Origin: Chara braunii
Taxonomy: Eukaryota > Plantae > Charophyceae
Reading direction: 5' to 3'
NCBI GenBank assembly: GCA_003427395.1
Contig: BFEA01000026.1
Coordinates: forward strand, 3,932,494-3,996,493
DNA: 64,000 nucleotides
In this document: positions 26,254 to 39,707 of the stretch, piece by piece
Position numbering within the stretch: the stretch's first letter is position 1
Layout of the letters: each line of letters begins with the position of its first letter
The notes under the pieces: generated by a model
Told to the model about the DNA's origin: nothing
The model's input: only the letters and a program-made list of their open reading frames with translations
Databases searched by the model: none
Position numbers and translations under genes: made by a program

Positions 26254-28263
26254 TCGCAATAAGGTCTGTCAGCTCAGTTGGATGGTGGGAACTTGCACAG
26301 CACGGAAAGGGACGCGGCATCATCGGGCATCCATCCAGGGAGACGGTCTGAAATGCGATCTCTGACAGTGATGCTGCACATACGTCAGATGGCGGGGGGA
26401 CCCAACCAATTTCTGTTTGGAGAAGCATACAGCAAGGTGAAAGGTGAGTTCGTCGAGAGGACCTCCCTCAAGAACTCGAGTGCATCGTTTGCCTGCGGGT
26501 GGCTTTTAGACGGTAGTTCACATTTTCCGTTGATGACAATTGAGGCAGCGTACTTTTAGGCATCGACTTTTTACTATTCCTCACTATGTACCTGGGGCGG
26601 GAACCTTAACTGGATTGAGGCCATGTTTGGTGCGTTGGGCATCGAGAGATCTATCGATGCAAGTGTCGCGGAGAGTCAGAGACCACCTGCGTGCGGGCTC
26701 CAGGGGTACTTTGCTGTGCTGTGCTGTGCTGTGCTGTGCTGTGCTGGGGGTTCACCAGACAGAAGTGGGGCAGCAGTGGGCAGAATTTGTTGGGAGGTGC
26801 GAGAGATAAGGACACTGTGTTCTTTGTATGATAAGAAGATATATGCTCGCTTCATCTGCTGAAACAGTTGTTGCTTCTGACAAGACATGGGGGATTGCGA
26901 TGCATGCTGGGCATCGATCAAATCCTTTGTGTCGTTCGAAATTCTTAAAATGAAAACTGTAAAATAAAATGCATGGTGACTATGGCTTGTTGAGAAACAA
27001 GAGCCAGCACGAACAGATACGAAGGACAATATATACATAACTGTGTTGCGCATATCTTTGAGTGTGGAGCGGTTTGGTGGAAGGTCGTCGTCTTCTTGCA
27101 CTTGGGTCTCGATTTGCGGAGCACTTTTCACCATGCACAGTGAGTTGAGGTGCTGAAAAAGTTGTTGCAGAAAAACCTGAAAAATCTGAAAATTTCAGTT
27201 TGTCCGTCTGTAATTGAGATTTTATAAATTTGAAAAACCCTTTTGTAAATGGGAACATTCATGACCGGGCAGTGTTGGTTGGGTGAAACTTCCACTCAAA
27301 TACCCTTTTTTTGTAAATCGGAAAATTCAAAATTCGTGACCGGGCAGCGTGGGGTTGGGTGAACTTCCACTGAAAACAGCAGCCAGGGGATTGGGTTGGC
27401 AGATCCATCTTGCCAGGGTTGCAGTGGAAATCTCCTGGAGTCCAGGGTGAGCAGCACTCAGATTTGAAATTTCAGTAGTTTCCCTGGCAATTTCCGTGCA
27501 GTGTTTCGGGTGGTTTCAGGAGTTCTCTTTGCTTTGCGTGCAATACTAAGCTTTCAGTATTTTCAGTGGCTGTTCCAATTCACAGTGTCGCACCGACTTC
27601 GGTATTGCTGTAAGCTCGTCAATCCAGTGGTTTTCAATGTGCGGTTTAAATGCTATCAGTGGACTCGCTGGTGTCCGTGGTCGCAGGGGTTAATGTCATA
27701 AAATGATCGTATGCATCGGTGGCTCCGATGGTCGCTGGTGTGATCTGACCGCCACCGGACGATCTCGACCATCCACTCACTTCGGCGATATGCCATTCAG
27801 TGCTGTCTTCTATGCAGCCAGGCAATCGTGACAGGGTGCCAAAGCGACGTTCTGCCTCTGTACATCATCCTTGTCTATCCCTCATGTCTGCAAACTACCT
27901 CGGCAGAGTTTTGCTGGAAACCGCAGCATGCGTTTTTCGCATCGCCTGCTTTTTGATGCTGGTCAGCTCGGCTCTTGTTTGGGGACTGAGCACATGCATT
28001 TCGCAGATGTACACTGGGCTCCTGGAACTCAATTGATGATCAAATAGAAAGCGGGGGGGGGGACCACCTATTTCATGGTCCCATCTCAGCTCAGATGTCA
28101 TCTGTCCAGGTCACAGCAGTCCGTCACTATCGGACATGAGTGCTCTTGTCCGAGGGGTTGGAAGTTTAGACGTGTGCTTCTGCGGTGGTATTCGCTAGCT
28201 GACAATGCCTCTGCCGGCCATGTGCATAATTGCGTATAGATACGGGGCATATCTTTCACTATC

Positions 28264-28489
28264 TTTAAGTGAATAGCGGGTCTCGCGTCACGCTCCCCCG
28301 AGAACCCGCATCCACTGTTGGGAACGCCGCGGGACAGTCGGCCCTGGGCCTAACGGGGAACGTCTACCGTTTTTCACAATATTTAAGTGAATAGCGGGTC
28401 TCGCATCACGCTCCCGCGAGAACCTGCATCCACTGTTGGGAACGCTGCGGGACAGTCGGCCTTGGGCCTAACGGGGAATGTCTACCGTT
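28264..28489. repeat. Tandem duplication, 118-bp unit x2, with internal base-pairing potential
   Basis: tttaagtgaatagcgggtctcgc... at 28264 and 28382. Confidence 0.9.
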
Positions 28490-29314
28490 GTTGATTTTTT
28501 TTTCACTATCTGGCCCTTGTTATATAGAAGCTCGTACGGCTCTGCCAAGGTCACATACCTGGGAACTTGAGGAGGGGGACTTTGCTGGGTGGCTTGGGTA
28601 GCATCAGCTGTTAAAAAACAGAGTCGACTGTGTCGGCCATGGTGGACTGGAGTGTGAGATATGATGTATTTATTTATATCATGGTCTCTCATTTTCCCAA
28701 TGACTACAGCCTGGCAATTTGTTTGTGTGTAGTTCGCAGAGAACTCTCTGAGGTGTCATATGACATTCTCTGGCCGCAGCAGTGTGCATGCGTATCTGGG
28801 CCGTGCGTGATCAAGTGAAGTGCAACATTATGCTTGTTTTCCTCTTCTTGCAAATTCTTTAGACTCACAGGGGTGGGGTTTCGGGGACAACGATGATTGA
28901 GCTAGACCAGTGCGAAAGTGGTTTGGATGCTCAGCAGGTTCGTGCTTGCTTGTCATGCAAGAAAACGAATCATTCCTATTCGACACGAAGTGCGGGCCGC
29001 TGAGCTAGGCTGGTATTATAAGCTATCTGTTCTCTGCTGGCCAGCACTTTGTGTTCAATAGGAACAAGTCTTTCCTTGCTGTGTACATCGAGTAAGAACG
29101 ATCCGTCCCGAGCTTGATGTTGTCACTGTGTTAGTAATGATGCTATGGGGGATTCTGGGCACTGTTGAGCAGAATTTACCTTTTTAATGCTCTGTCTCAC
29201 ATCTGATGCAATTGAATTGCTGGGCTTTTCTCTGTACTCGTTATTCTGGACAGTTATTCAGTGGCAGTCTTGATGGCTTCCATTTGCCCTGTTGCGTGCA
29301 GGATATGTTTCACA

Positions 29315-29382
<68 letters not shown>

Positions 29383-29616
29383 NNNNNNNNNNNNNNNNNN
29401 NNNNNNNNNNNNNNNNNNNNNNNNNNNNNNNNNNNNNNNNNNNNNNNNNNNNNNNNNNNNNNNNNNNNNNNNNNNNNNNNNNNNNNNNNNNNNNNNNNNN
29501 NNNNNNNNNNNNNNNNNNNNNNNNNNNNNNNNNNNNNNNNNNNNNNNNNNNNNNNNNNNNNNNNNNNNNNNNNNNNNNNNNNNNNNNNNNNNNNNNNNNN
29601 NNNNNNNNNNNNNNNN

Positions 29617-29685
<69 letters not shown>

Positions 29686-29720
29686 TGAAGGAGGCTCATT
29701 GGCAGTGAATGTCAGTATCC

Positions 29721-29766
<46 letters not shown>

Positions 29767-30053
29767 TGAAGGAGGGTCATTGGCGGTGAATGTCAGTATC
29801 CACGGTGCTCGCAGCTGATGAAACAATTTGTTTGAGGCCGCGAGTAGTTCGGTGTGGCGATAGTAAAAGCTGAAAGGCTGAGCAAGAGGGAGAGAGAGAG
29901 GGAGAGAACCTAGGAGCGGATACCATTTCACGGCACGCATCTAGGGCCAACAGACAACCAGGAGATTAGCTGAGACAATCATGAGACAGACACGTCATGC
30001 GACTCTAAAGAGATGGGGACTCCCTGTGATATGGAATGGATGGACGCTGCATT

Positions 30054-30121
<68 letters not shown>

Positions 30122-30688
30122 GGTTGTGCATCCAGAAGACCGCATATCGGAGCCTAAATGCGTGCTTCCGAAAACCGTGGAGACTGGGCCTTCGATCACG
30201 AACCGCGACACACCGCCGGCTCCGAAAGCTGGGCAGATTGGAGAGAAGGGTCCGTGCCGCGGACTGGTCGTGCCGTCAGCCCCTATGAAGTCCAGGCCAA
30301 CGGCGACCAAATCACCAGTTGCCTTGGGCAGCCAGAGAGAGAGAGAGAGTTTGTGTTAGATATGCACCACAACAGCCCCTGTTCCACCCAGATGAGTAGA
30401 TCCAAAATCAATTGAGCGTTACCTCTGTTGCAGACAATGAAACAGTATTTAGTATTTACCTCTATACAAGCAACGTGGAGCAGAATAAATGCGTTATATC
30501 CCTTTTTTGGCTTGCTTTAAAGGAGGCAAAGTAAAAGGGGGGTGTACTCCTGTGCATTATTTTCCTTCAGATCTTCTGCTTATATTTTATCAGTCTAAAT
30601 GATGCTCATTCCAATGTATTTACTAGTTGTACACAAGGGGAGGGAGGGAGGGAGGAAGAAAGGGGTAGGGGGGAAGTTCTATAGGAAG

Positions 30689-30735
<47 letters not shown>

Positions 30736-30854
30736 NNNNNNNNNNNNNNNNNNNNNNNNNNNNNNNNNNNNNNNNNNNNNNNNNNNNNNNNNNNNNNNNN
30801 NNNNNNNNNNNNNNNNNNNAAGGCTGGGAGGTGCATCGAATGGAGGGGTGGGGG

Positions 30855-30892
30855 CTGTCTCTTATACACATCTAGATGTGTATAAGAGACAG
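30855..30892. other. Nextera mate-pair junction adapter (two Tn5 mosaic ends): assembly artefact
   Basis: Exact CTGTCTCTTATACACATCT+AGATGTGTATAAGAGACAG next to an N gap; the 35 bp to its left are identical to Gypsy sequence at ~52254-52288. Confidence 0.97.
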
Positions 30893-31465
30893 GCTTTGGG
30901 CTGGTGATAGTTGCCTAAGTAGCCGCTCAGAGCCAAGAATGATTCGGGCTTCATTCGGAAGCTCGCAATGCTTGCTGGCCCTTTCCTGAGCCTTGAGAGT
31001 AGGAGGTAGAAAGAAAAATTTGCAAATGCGTCCGCAGCGTGAACTTGAAAATCAAGAGTGAAATAAACAGCATATTTCAAAACATTGCGCCAGAAACAGT
31101 AGACGGAAGCAAGAACGAATCAAGAATCCACAGAAGGTTTTCGAAATAATACAGAATTTAGAGATCACATTAGTGAGCCATAGATACATAAAAATCATCT
31201 TTAAAAATGCAAAGCGAATCAAATGTATATGAACTGCAGATAGAAAGAAGCGGTGGGTGGAAGAGGAATGTGAGGGGAAAACATTACACGATCCGCATGA
31301 AAGAATCTCTCCGAAAATTCAATAGTAGTACAAATTCCGCGCGAAGTACGGATCATCCGCATGGATCCGTGGAAGTTTTGTCGATATACAAACAAGAATG
31401 GTAATCACGGATCACGAAAGAATGTGAGGAAGAAACGGCGCTAAGGGTAGAGATAGGGGCTGCTG

Positions 31466-31579
31466 CTACAGGCTTCCTCTGAATGCAACGTACTACGGTC
31501 ATTATAGCTGAATTTGGTGTATCTTTTGGTCTAAATTTGGCTATAATGACCGTACGTTGTGTTCGGGGGAAGACTGTAG
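31466..31579. mobile_element. Hairpin MITE-like element, copy 1
   Basis: tacggtcattatagc...gctataatgaccgta inverted repeat with extended imperfect arms. Confidence 0.65.
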
Positions 31580-32565
31580 GTTGCTGTTTAAAAAAGAAGA
31601 AGAAGAAGACGAAGAAGAAGAAGAAGGGGTTGCTGCTACGTTGCTAGACGGGTTGCTGCTGCCAGCAGTGGCGACGTCATCAGGAGTAGTAGTAAGGTCC
31701 AATAGAGAAGTTTATACAAATAGAGAGGGAATAGAGCGGGAATAGTACGGGAGAACGCGAAGGGAGGGGGGGGGGTAGGGGAGAGGGGGGACAGAGGGCG
31801 AGGCAAAGGGGAGGGGGGAAAGAGGAGGGGAAGGAGCAAAGAGAGGGAGGAAGAGTGTGGGAGGTTTTTCGGAGGTAATAGAGGAGGGGGGGGTCAATGC
31901 AAGGTGGAAAAAATGGGGGGGATAGATTCGCTATCCTGAAGGCAGATGCTGCGACTGCCTTTTTCTGATCGGAAGGCATAGAAATGCAGCGCTGATGCAC
32001 CGTTTTGTTTGCACAATCCAGAGTGTCCGCAGTACGGCGATGATGGTTAAGCGCCAGTCGATGGAAGATGCCGCCCCGGGAGGTCCTTACAGTGCAAAAC
32101 AATGGATGAGCAGTTTTCGGAGATCCTAGCTGCATTGCGGCGGGTTGACGGAAGAACACCTTCTGGCATTTGTAGAAGTACCAGCCGGGCCGCCTGGGTC
32201 ACTCTGTTTTCCCGGGCGGCCCAGCTGTAAGGACCAGGGAAGGTCCCAGCCAAAAAAAAAAAAAAAAAAAAAAAAAACCCGAAAAAACCCTTAAAGAAGT
32301 TAAAAAAGAAGTTGAAAAAAAAAAAAAAAAAAACTATGTTATGCAGAAAGAAGCTGAGCAAGTTTTACATCAGGGTCATATTAAAAGCGGAACTGCGACA
32401 GGGTGTGTGGAAGCAGCGGAGGGAGGAAGAAATCAGATCTTGGCAACACAACCTGCACAGATAATCCTCTGGATACCAGAGCAATAATTGCTGGCAGGTG
32501 TTTTCGTGGTACGCTCTCGTGAAGGAAAACAGATCGTCATACTGTGGGAATAGGGGAGGGAGGAA

Positions 32566-32676
32566 CTACCTTCTTCCCCCGAATACAACGTCCGGTCATT
32601 ATAGTTGAATCTAGACTGAAAGATGCCTGAAATACAGATATAATGACCGTGCGTTGTATTCGGGGGAAGAAGGTAG
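32566..32676. mobile_element. Hairpin MITE-like element, copy 2
   Basis: ctaccttcttcccccgaatacaacg..cggtcattata / tataatgaccg..cgttgtattcgggggaagaaggtag: ~38-bp arms around a ~35-nt loop. Confidence 0.75.
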
Positions 32677-33722
32677 GGTGTAGCAGTGTATCTGGCGCCG
32701 CGTTCAAGAATATGAAGAGGTTCCCCCTTACTCCTAATGTCCTGCCCACTCAATCCCTGGGACCCCAGGGCAATCAATGCTGGCAGGAACACCCCACCCC
32801 ACAATTGTTTTCTGCTGTACTTCAATTTCAGTTTGTACAAGGGACTCGGACGCTGGAACCGCTTTCAAGCAGGTGATGCTCCGCACCAATAGATGGAGCC
32901 TCTCCCCAGGTGTTAGTGGTGTCTGTTCTTATCAGCACCACGAACACTGGTGGGGGCGACTTTTGTTAAAAACGAAAAAAAAATAAATAAATACCAAATT
33001 AAAAATTAAAAATACACTTGAAAGAAAATAGGCTACCAGAGTGGCCCGGGAGCACTTGCCTGGACGTTGTCCCACCAGCACCGTTGAGTTGAGCCAGCTC
33101 AACGGTGTGTTTCAATATTGCATTTGTTTAATGTGTGTTTCAATATTTTCCTCATTACTTTCTATTTTATATTACACAGATATTTTGCCGATATTCAAAG
33201 AGGTATTCGCGACGTCCACTGCCAAAAACAACGAAAAAAGTGGGCTCTGACATGTGCTGTCCGCGTTAACCGTGCCCACTGCTCCCCAAAACATGTAAAG
33301 TCGGGTGGAGCAATGAGCCTGCTTGTGAATGATGCACCGACTTCCGTGAACCTGGGCTGTAGAAATGTCCAGGTTCGCGCCTTCGTTCACTTCCGTATGT
33401 TTCGTTGCTGTGGAAGGGAACGAGGTCGTACCCATTCCATAGGGCCTGCGTTGGAGTCCCCGCTGCCCCACTACAGTTGACATGGCATACCCGAGTTGAT
33501 GGTACTTGTCATCAAGCTGTCCCTTGGGGGAATGGGCGGGTTGTGGGGTAGGGCACCTCTTTCGGGCAAAGCTTTCCGCGAATAGCAGTCACTGCGACTG
33601 TATTTGGCTTGCAGGGCAGTTTGGATTTGTGTGGGTGTGCTTGGGGAGGCGGGTTATGTTCTGACGGCCCAACGTTAGGGGAGGAGTGGACGCGATTGTA
33701 CATGGTGCGCAGAGTCTGAGCG

Positions 33723-34058
33723 ATGCCCTTTTTAGTGCAAGATGCCATCGCCACCATCGAAGAGGCGCGTGATCAACGGGATCTCGCATGGCACTGTTAC
33801 GATGAGCAACTTGGAGAGATGAGGAAAGGGCTGTGTGATGTTGACGCCCTGGCGGAGGATGTCAAGGCTGTCACACTCCATGATGAAGGAGACAGTGGTA
33901 CACGTGCAGCCAATGATGGACACATGGCGACGTGCGACAGCTGCAAGTCCTTGCAATTGAAAGTTGAAGACCTCGAAGCGAAGCTGGAGGGTATGAAGTG
34001 GGTGAACGCCCTGCTGCAGGAACCACCATCGTTCTGGGATAAAGTCTTCGAATGGTGA
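33723..34058 (+). pseudogene. Unassigned coiled-coil-like ORF fragment (probably a TE or gene relic)
   Basis: 111-aa protein-like composition (CDSCKSLQLKVEDLEAKLEGMK); upstream frame interrupted by a stop; no family recognised. Confidence 0.25.
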
Positions 34059-34093
34059 AATGTGTGTCAGAGCGGCAGTGTCGTTTTTGGGTT

Positions 34094-34181
<88 letters not shown>

Positions 34182-35601
34182 NNNNNNNNNNNNNNNNNNN
34201 NNNNNNNNNNNNNNNNNNNNNNNNNNNNNNNNNNNNNNNNNNNNNNNNNNNNNNNNNNNNNNNNNNNNNNNNNNNNNNNNNNNNNNNNNNNNNNNNNNNN
34301 NNNNNNNNNNNNNNNNNNNNNNNNNNNNNNNNNNNNNNNNNNNNNNNNNNNNNNNNNNNNNNNNNNNNNNNNNNNNNNNNNNNNNNNNNNNNNNNNNNNN
34401 NNNNNNNNNNNNNNNNNNNNNNNNNNNNNNNNNNNNNNNNNNNNNNNNNNNNNNNNNNNNNNNNNNNNNNNNNNNNNNNNNNNNNNNNNNNNNNNNNNNN
34501 NNNNNNNNNNNNNNNNNNNNNNNNNNNNNNNNNNNNNNNNNNNNNNNNNNNNNNNNNNNNNNNNNNNNNNNNNNNNNNNNNNNNNNNNNNNNNNNNNNNN
34601 NNNNNNNNNNNNNNNNNNNNNNNNNNNNNNNNNNNNNNNNNNNNNNNNNNNNNNNNNNNNNNNNNNNNNNNNNNNNNNNNNNNNNNNNNNNNNNNNNNNN
34701 NNNNNNNNNNNNNNNNNNNNNNNNNNNNNNNNNNNNNNNNNNNNNNNNNNNNNNNNNNNNNNNNNNNNNNNNNNNNNNNNNNNNNNNNNNNNNNNNNNNN
34801 NNNNNNNNNNNNNNNNNNNNNNNNNNNNNNNNNNNNNNNNNNNNNNNNNNNNNNNNNNNNNNNNNNNNNNNNNNNNNNNNNNNNNNNNNNNNNNNNNNNN
34901 NNNNNNNNNNNNNNNNNNNNNNNNNNNNNNNNNNNNNNNNNNNNNNNNNNNNNNNNNNNNNNNNNNNNNNNNNNNNNNNNNNNNNNNNNNNNNNNNNNNN
35001 NNNNNNNNNNNNNNNNNNNNNNNNNNNNNNNNNNNNNNNNNNNNNNNNNNNNNNNNNNNNNNNNNNNNNNNNNNNNNNNNNNNNNNNNNNNNNNNNNNNN
35101 NNNNNNNNNNNNNNNNNNNNNNNNNNNNNNNNNNNNNNNNNNNNNNNNNNNNNNNNGGGGGAAAGGGAATAAAGACCAAAAACGACTTCTGTCATCGATG
35201 GAAGAAAAAACAAATGGTTTTTTTTTCTGCGTTGACAAAATGGAAGAAAAAACCGATTTAAGCGGAAGCATACATGTTCGATTTTTTGTGTTTGGGATCG
35301 TTCATAGAAAGGTCAGCGCTCTTAAGTGGACTTCAGTCACATTTCGGCCATTCCCAAGAAAACGATGTTACCAGTCCCGCCATCAATCAAGAAAAGGATG
35401 AGGACAGGGTTATACGTACGAATTGATGTTACAAAAAGATGTGGACTTGTACACACAGAGATAAAGTTCAAGTGAACAAATATATATATTCTATTTGACG
35501 ATATATACATAAGAAGAAACGTCACAGTCTCCTAAAGATTTTAAAAAATAATAGAAAAATACACATAAACCGCAAAACATGAAACGTCACACCATATGTG
35601 T

Positions 35602-35641
<40 letters not shown>

Positions 35642-35891
35642 CCGCATGTGGGGAAAAACAAAAAGACACATCGATCGCAAAACATGAAACATCACACCAT
35701 GATCCAACACCGAAGCTGGCAAGTGACCCGCTTTTCGACATTCTCACGATTATCCGCCACAAAACCCCTTCTTCGGCTGCAAAACTCTGTCCCCCGAGGA
35801 AGAGAGTAAAACCCTGCCGAATTACTGACTTTTCCCACCCACATTGGGTATTTCATCAGACAAAAGAACAATCGTTCCAGTAAACACAGTC

Positions 35892-38383
35892 ATGGCGTCC
35901 CTCCATTCTCAGTCGACAACATCCAGCTCACCAAACTCTTCAAGCCCACCAAACGCAATGTCATTGACCAGAGCACAAAACGAAGAGGATCCGAGCCAGG
36001 AAGTTCTGAACCTGATGGTTAAAGAAACACGAGTTAAACCGGTTGTTACCAGAGAAGTCCTCAAAATCAACACAAAGGAGGAAATGGAAGTCGAAGTTTG
36101 GGAATACCCAAAGGAACAACTCCCTGTTTTATATGAATTTTACGAAACTCATGCAGTCGTATGCTCCTTCCCAGCCAAACTCAAACACCTTCCACCCACA
36201 GAGAAGAGAAGGAGAGTTAGAGAAGCCCTCAAGAGCATTGAAAATCTAAGGGACATGGAGCCCAGGGTAGCATACCAACAACGGGGTCGCAACGCAGTCA
36301 CAGTTCTGTGCGCAGACCCCGATTACACCAACTTTCTTCATTCAATCCAGGCCCTATATTGTGAGGGCTCAGTGGTAACGATCTCCAAATGGAAACCGAA
36401 TAAATCAGCACCGCAAAGCTCCGCAGGACACAGACAGTCCTTCATGAACAAACATTTTTGGATCCAGTTCGACAATCTGACAGACGGAATGCACGGCCTA
36501 GTTGAAGAAAGAATGCTGAATCTTGGCCCCAATGCCCCATCGTCGAATGGGTGTCTTCGGCCCCAGGATTCCTAACCCCAAGCGCCAGCTCCAGAATCGC
36601 CTGCGTTGAATTGAAATCCAACAGTCCACCCAAACTTCCCGACAAATGGTTTTTCAGAGTGGGACAACAGATTCAAACAGTCTACATTTCCACGAAGGCA
36701 AACCCCATGTGCTTTAGATGCAGGATCAAAGGGCACATGGGAAAAGACCCATTATGTCCCCTCAATACACGTAAGGGAGAGGGCAAAAGACTCAACCAGT
36801 CGATGCTGGTTGAAGCGGAGGAAATGAAGGGCATATGGATCGTCAACGACCCAGCCTTTGCAGGCTGGGTCTTCGACGATCTAAGGGAAACCCCAGCGTG
36901 GGTGTGGACTTGTCCGGAACCCCCTTGCAAACCCGATGTCTTCCCCCCCACGGCAGCAGATGGCAATCGTGCGGAGGCAAAAGAAGCGACAAAGCTGCTC
37001 ATAAGTACGTCAAGAACTCGCTAGGATCGGCACTTCAGATGGAGCAGACAATGCACAAAATGCAGATCCTGAAAGAGGTTCACAACATAGGACGGGAAGC
37101 AGAACCTGCTGATCAGGAATGAGATGAATGGGAAACGAACCAGGAACAAAAGGGAAATTGGACTAACGAAAAGGAAAATGAGAAACGAGGAGGAAGACAA
37201 TGAGGCAACCACAATGTCGCCAGGAACGAAGAAAAGCAGGGAAGGGAAGCCCACAGGGAGCGCATAAGAGGAGGGAGAAATGCACGTCGACCCTACCTCC
37301 CTAGGGAAGGGACCGGAGGGACAGGGATCAATAAGTGAAGAAGACCCGTCCAGCTCCATGGAGTGGTTGTCTGAATACATCGAATCCCTGCAATCTCACA
37401 GAGACCTTGACCGGAAAATCAGACTGACACATGCAAAATATATCAGCAGTCTGAAAAAAACAGAAGAATCTAACAGCTCAATCGGCTTCCCCACATCGCC
37501 AAACTCATACGAGCTGTTACAGCCTGAAAACACCTTCTCAGAATTCTTGGCACAACAATATATCATTGACCAGACCGACGAAATGGAAACCGAGACCCAA
37601 GACAAAGCAGCCCAAGCTCCAATCTGGCCTAACTCCTATCTCAGAGGAAGCAAGGGAGGGTTGTGAAAACTAGAAGAGAACAATGAGGGCAAAGGAGGGC
37701 AAAGGGAGGAAGAGGGCAAAATGATTGCCCTGACCAATGACCTGGTGGAGGAAGGAAGGAATCAGAAAACAAAAATCAGAAGGAAGATTGCAATCTTGGA
37801 AAGGCAAACACGTTTCTTGGAAGATCAAAACCAAGAATTGGGAGAGGTCACCCCATCACTGTACAAAATTGCTGATGAAAACCCAGCGGATCTCGCCCGC
37901 GCAGCCAACATCGAAGCCTGAGCGTTGTCGCCGCTCACCCCTATCTTGCCATTTCGATTTGACACACAAACGAAAGAATGACAAATCGCAGTCCGTCCCG
38001 CGCTTGAGATAGTCACAGCGCAGGAATCGGACCAGCCTCCTCAGTTTCTGAGATACAGGACATGTCACGATGAACGCCTGCAGGTACGCTGGGATGTCGA
38101 AAGGGGAGCATCCCAGAAAAGAGACATGAAACCCGTTATGGCCATCTATGACATTACAGTGCAACTGAGGGAGGGAGTGGAATGGAAACCTTGGGAACTG
38201 ATCTGCGAAATCCCATACCCATTGTTGGGACAGACAACAGAGCGGATTGCATTCAGCATGGACACCTTCATCAGGGAGGAATGGCTGGGAAGGGACACGG
38301 ATGAGGCTCTGGTAAAGGTGAATGAGGACAGGGCAGGGAAGGAGGCGAGAAGGCTTGCCCAGAAAACTCGGAAAACCCCCTAG
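35892..38383 (+). pseudogene. LINE ORF1 (frameshifted/stopped) with zinc knuckle
   Basis: RRM-like N-terminal part (VTISKWKP, FWIQFDNL), CFRCRIKGHMGKDPLC knuckle (~36708-36758), long charged C-terminal extension split over several ORFs. Confidence 0.75.
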
Positions 38384-38426
38384 ATGGACAACACATCCAA
38401 GAGCTAGAAAAAGGTGGACGACTTAG

Positions 38427-39329
38427 ATGGACACCTCCCTAGACTCAGGGACCCAAACAAACAAGAAGAGACTAAAACCCACCACAAAAGAAGATATCCT
38501 AAAGGAAATCAGACAACAACCGAAAATCTCCCTCTACTCATTGAATGTGAACGACCTTGCATCTATCCTGGACAACCCAGTCAAATGGAGAAATCTAACT
38601 GAATTCATGGGCTGGTTAAGCCACAACCCCCCCGACATAGCTTGTTTACAAGAAACTCATCTCACAAGTAGCGAAGAGCACAACAAAATTAGAACAACAC
38701 TAATTAAGAAACTAAAATTTGTCAAGGCCGCATTTTGGTCTAATGCCACACCCAATGGCTCAGCTGGCATGGTCATCCTCCTTCATGATAACTCAACAAC
38801 AAACAACTTAATAAAAGCACAAAATACTTGGCAAGATGACACCACTGGCAGATGGGTAAGATTAGACATCAACTACAAAGAAGAGGATCTGTCAATTTTC
38901 AGAGTCTACGGTCCAATCGCACAACAAGAAAAGACACCCTTCCTCCATACATTAGAACAATAAATACCCCCACACAAACACGGGATCCTCATGGGAGATT
39001 GGAACTCAGGTCAAAACCTCTCCTTGGAACGAATTTCAAACTCCACCAACCCTGCACACCAATCCAACAATCTCGAACTAACAAATTTCATGTCTAGGAA
39101 AAACTTAGTAGATCTCTTCCGCCTCCTACATCCCGATAGTAAAAGATTCTCATGCGTCAGAAAAACCACCCTAAGCAGGACCTCATTCTCAAGAATAAAC
39201 TTCTTCCTCATTACGAATTCCTTAATAGGTGCCCTACAAAAAAACAAGATTGGAAGCCCCCCATATCATAGCGGCCTAGACACAAACCCATTACATTGTC
39301 TCTCAGATTCTAAAAAACCGGCTACCTAG
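38427..39329 (+). pseudogene. LINE ORF2 apurinic-like endonuclease domain
   Basis: SLNVN, DIACLQETHL, VYGP, GDWN, LVDLFRLLHP, SRINFFLI motifs; in-frame stop at ~38961. Confidence 0.9.
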
Positions 39330-39707
39330 GTAAAAGTTTCTACCGTTTCAATAATGCCCTTTTAACCAACCAAGAATTCCAAAAAGGCTTAACCGAGATC
39401 CTATCACAAATCACACGACAACACGCTGAGGACATCTACACCGGATTCCCAAAAATCATCAAGGAAATAAGTACGAGAGTAGCACAGACATCAAGGAAAC
39501 TGACTGCTAAAAGAAAAGAAAGAGAAGAGATGCTAAAGAACGCCATAGAAATAGTAGAATTCAATCTTCATCAAAACAACGACTCCCAATTTTTGCTGAA
39601 CTTTATAGTAAATTCAAAGAAGAACTAACCGAATGGACTAAACTTAAACTCAAAGGCTTACAACTAAGAGCAAGAGTTAAGGACTGAGCCAAGCACTGAC
39701 GAGGGCA

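Noticed and set aside
24250-28940. Possible second spliced gene (donor-like gtgagt at 26444, exon-like 28863-28937)
   Set aside because: No recognisable protein and no phase-consistent exon chain could be built; needs RNA-seq
30855-30892. Perfect 38-bp palindrome resembling a transposon end-to-end junction (Tn5/IS50)
   Set aside because: It is the Illumina Nextera mate-pair adapter beside a gap; technical, not biological
33250-33720. GRF-type zinc finger suggested by Cys/Trp spacing
   Set aside because: Cysteines fall in different frames with stops; pattern not convincing
33732-35401. Long ORFs spanning N gaps (also at 12.7-13.7, 29.2-29.9, 48.6-49.7 and 59.8-60.5 kb)
   Set aside because: Open only because Ns and GA/CA microsatellites contain no stops
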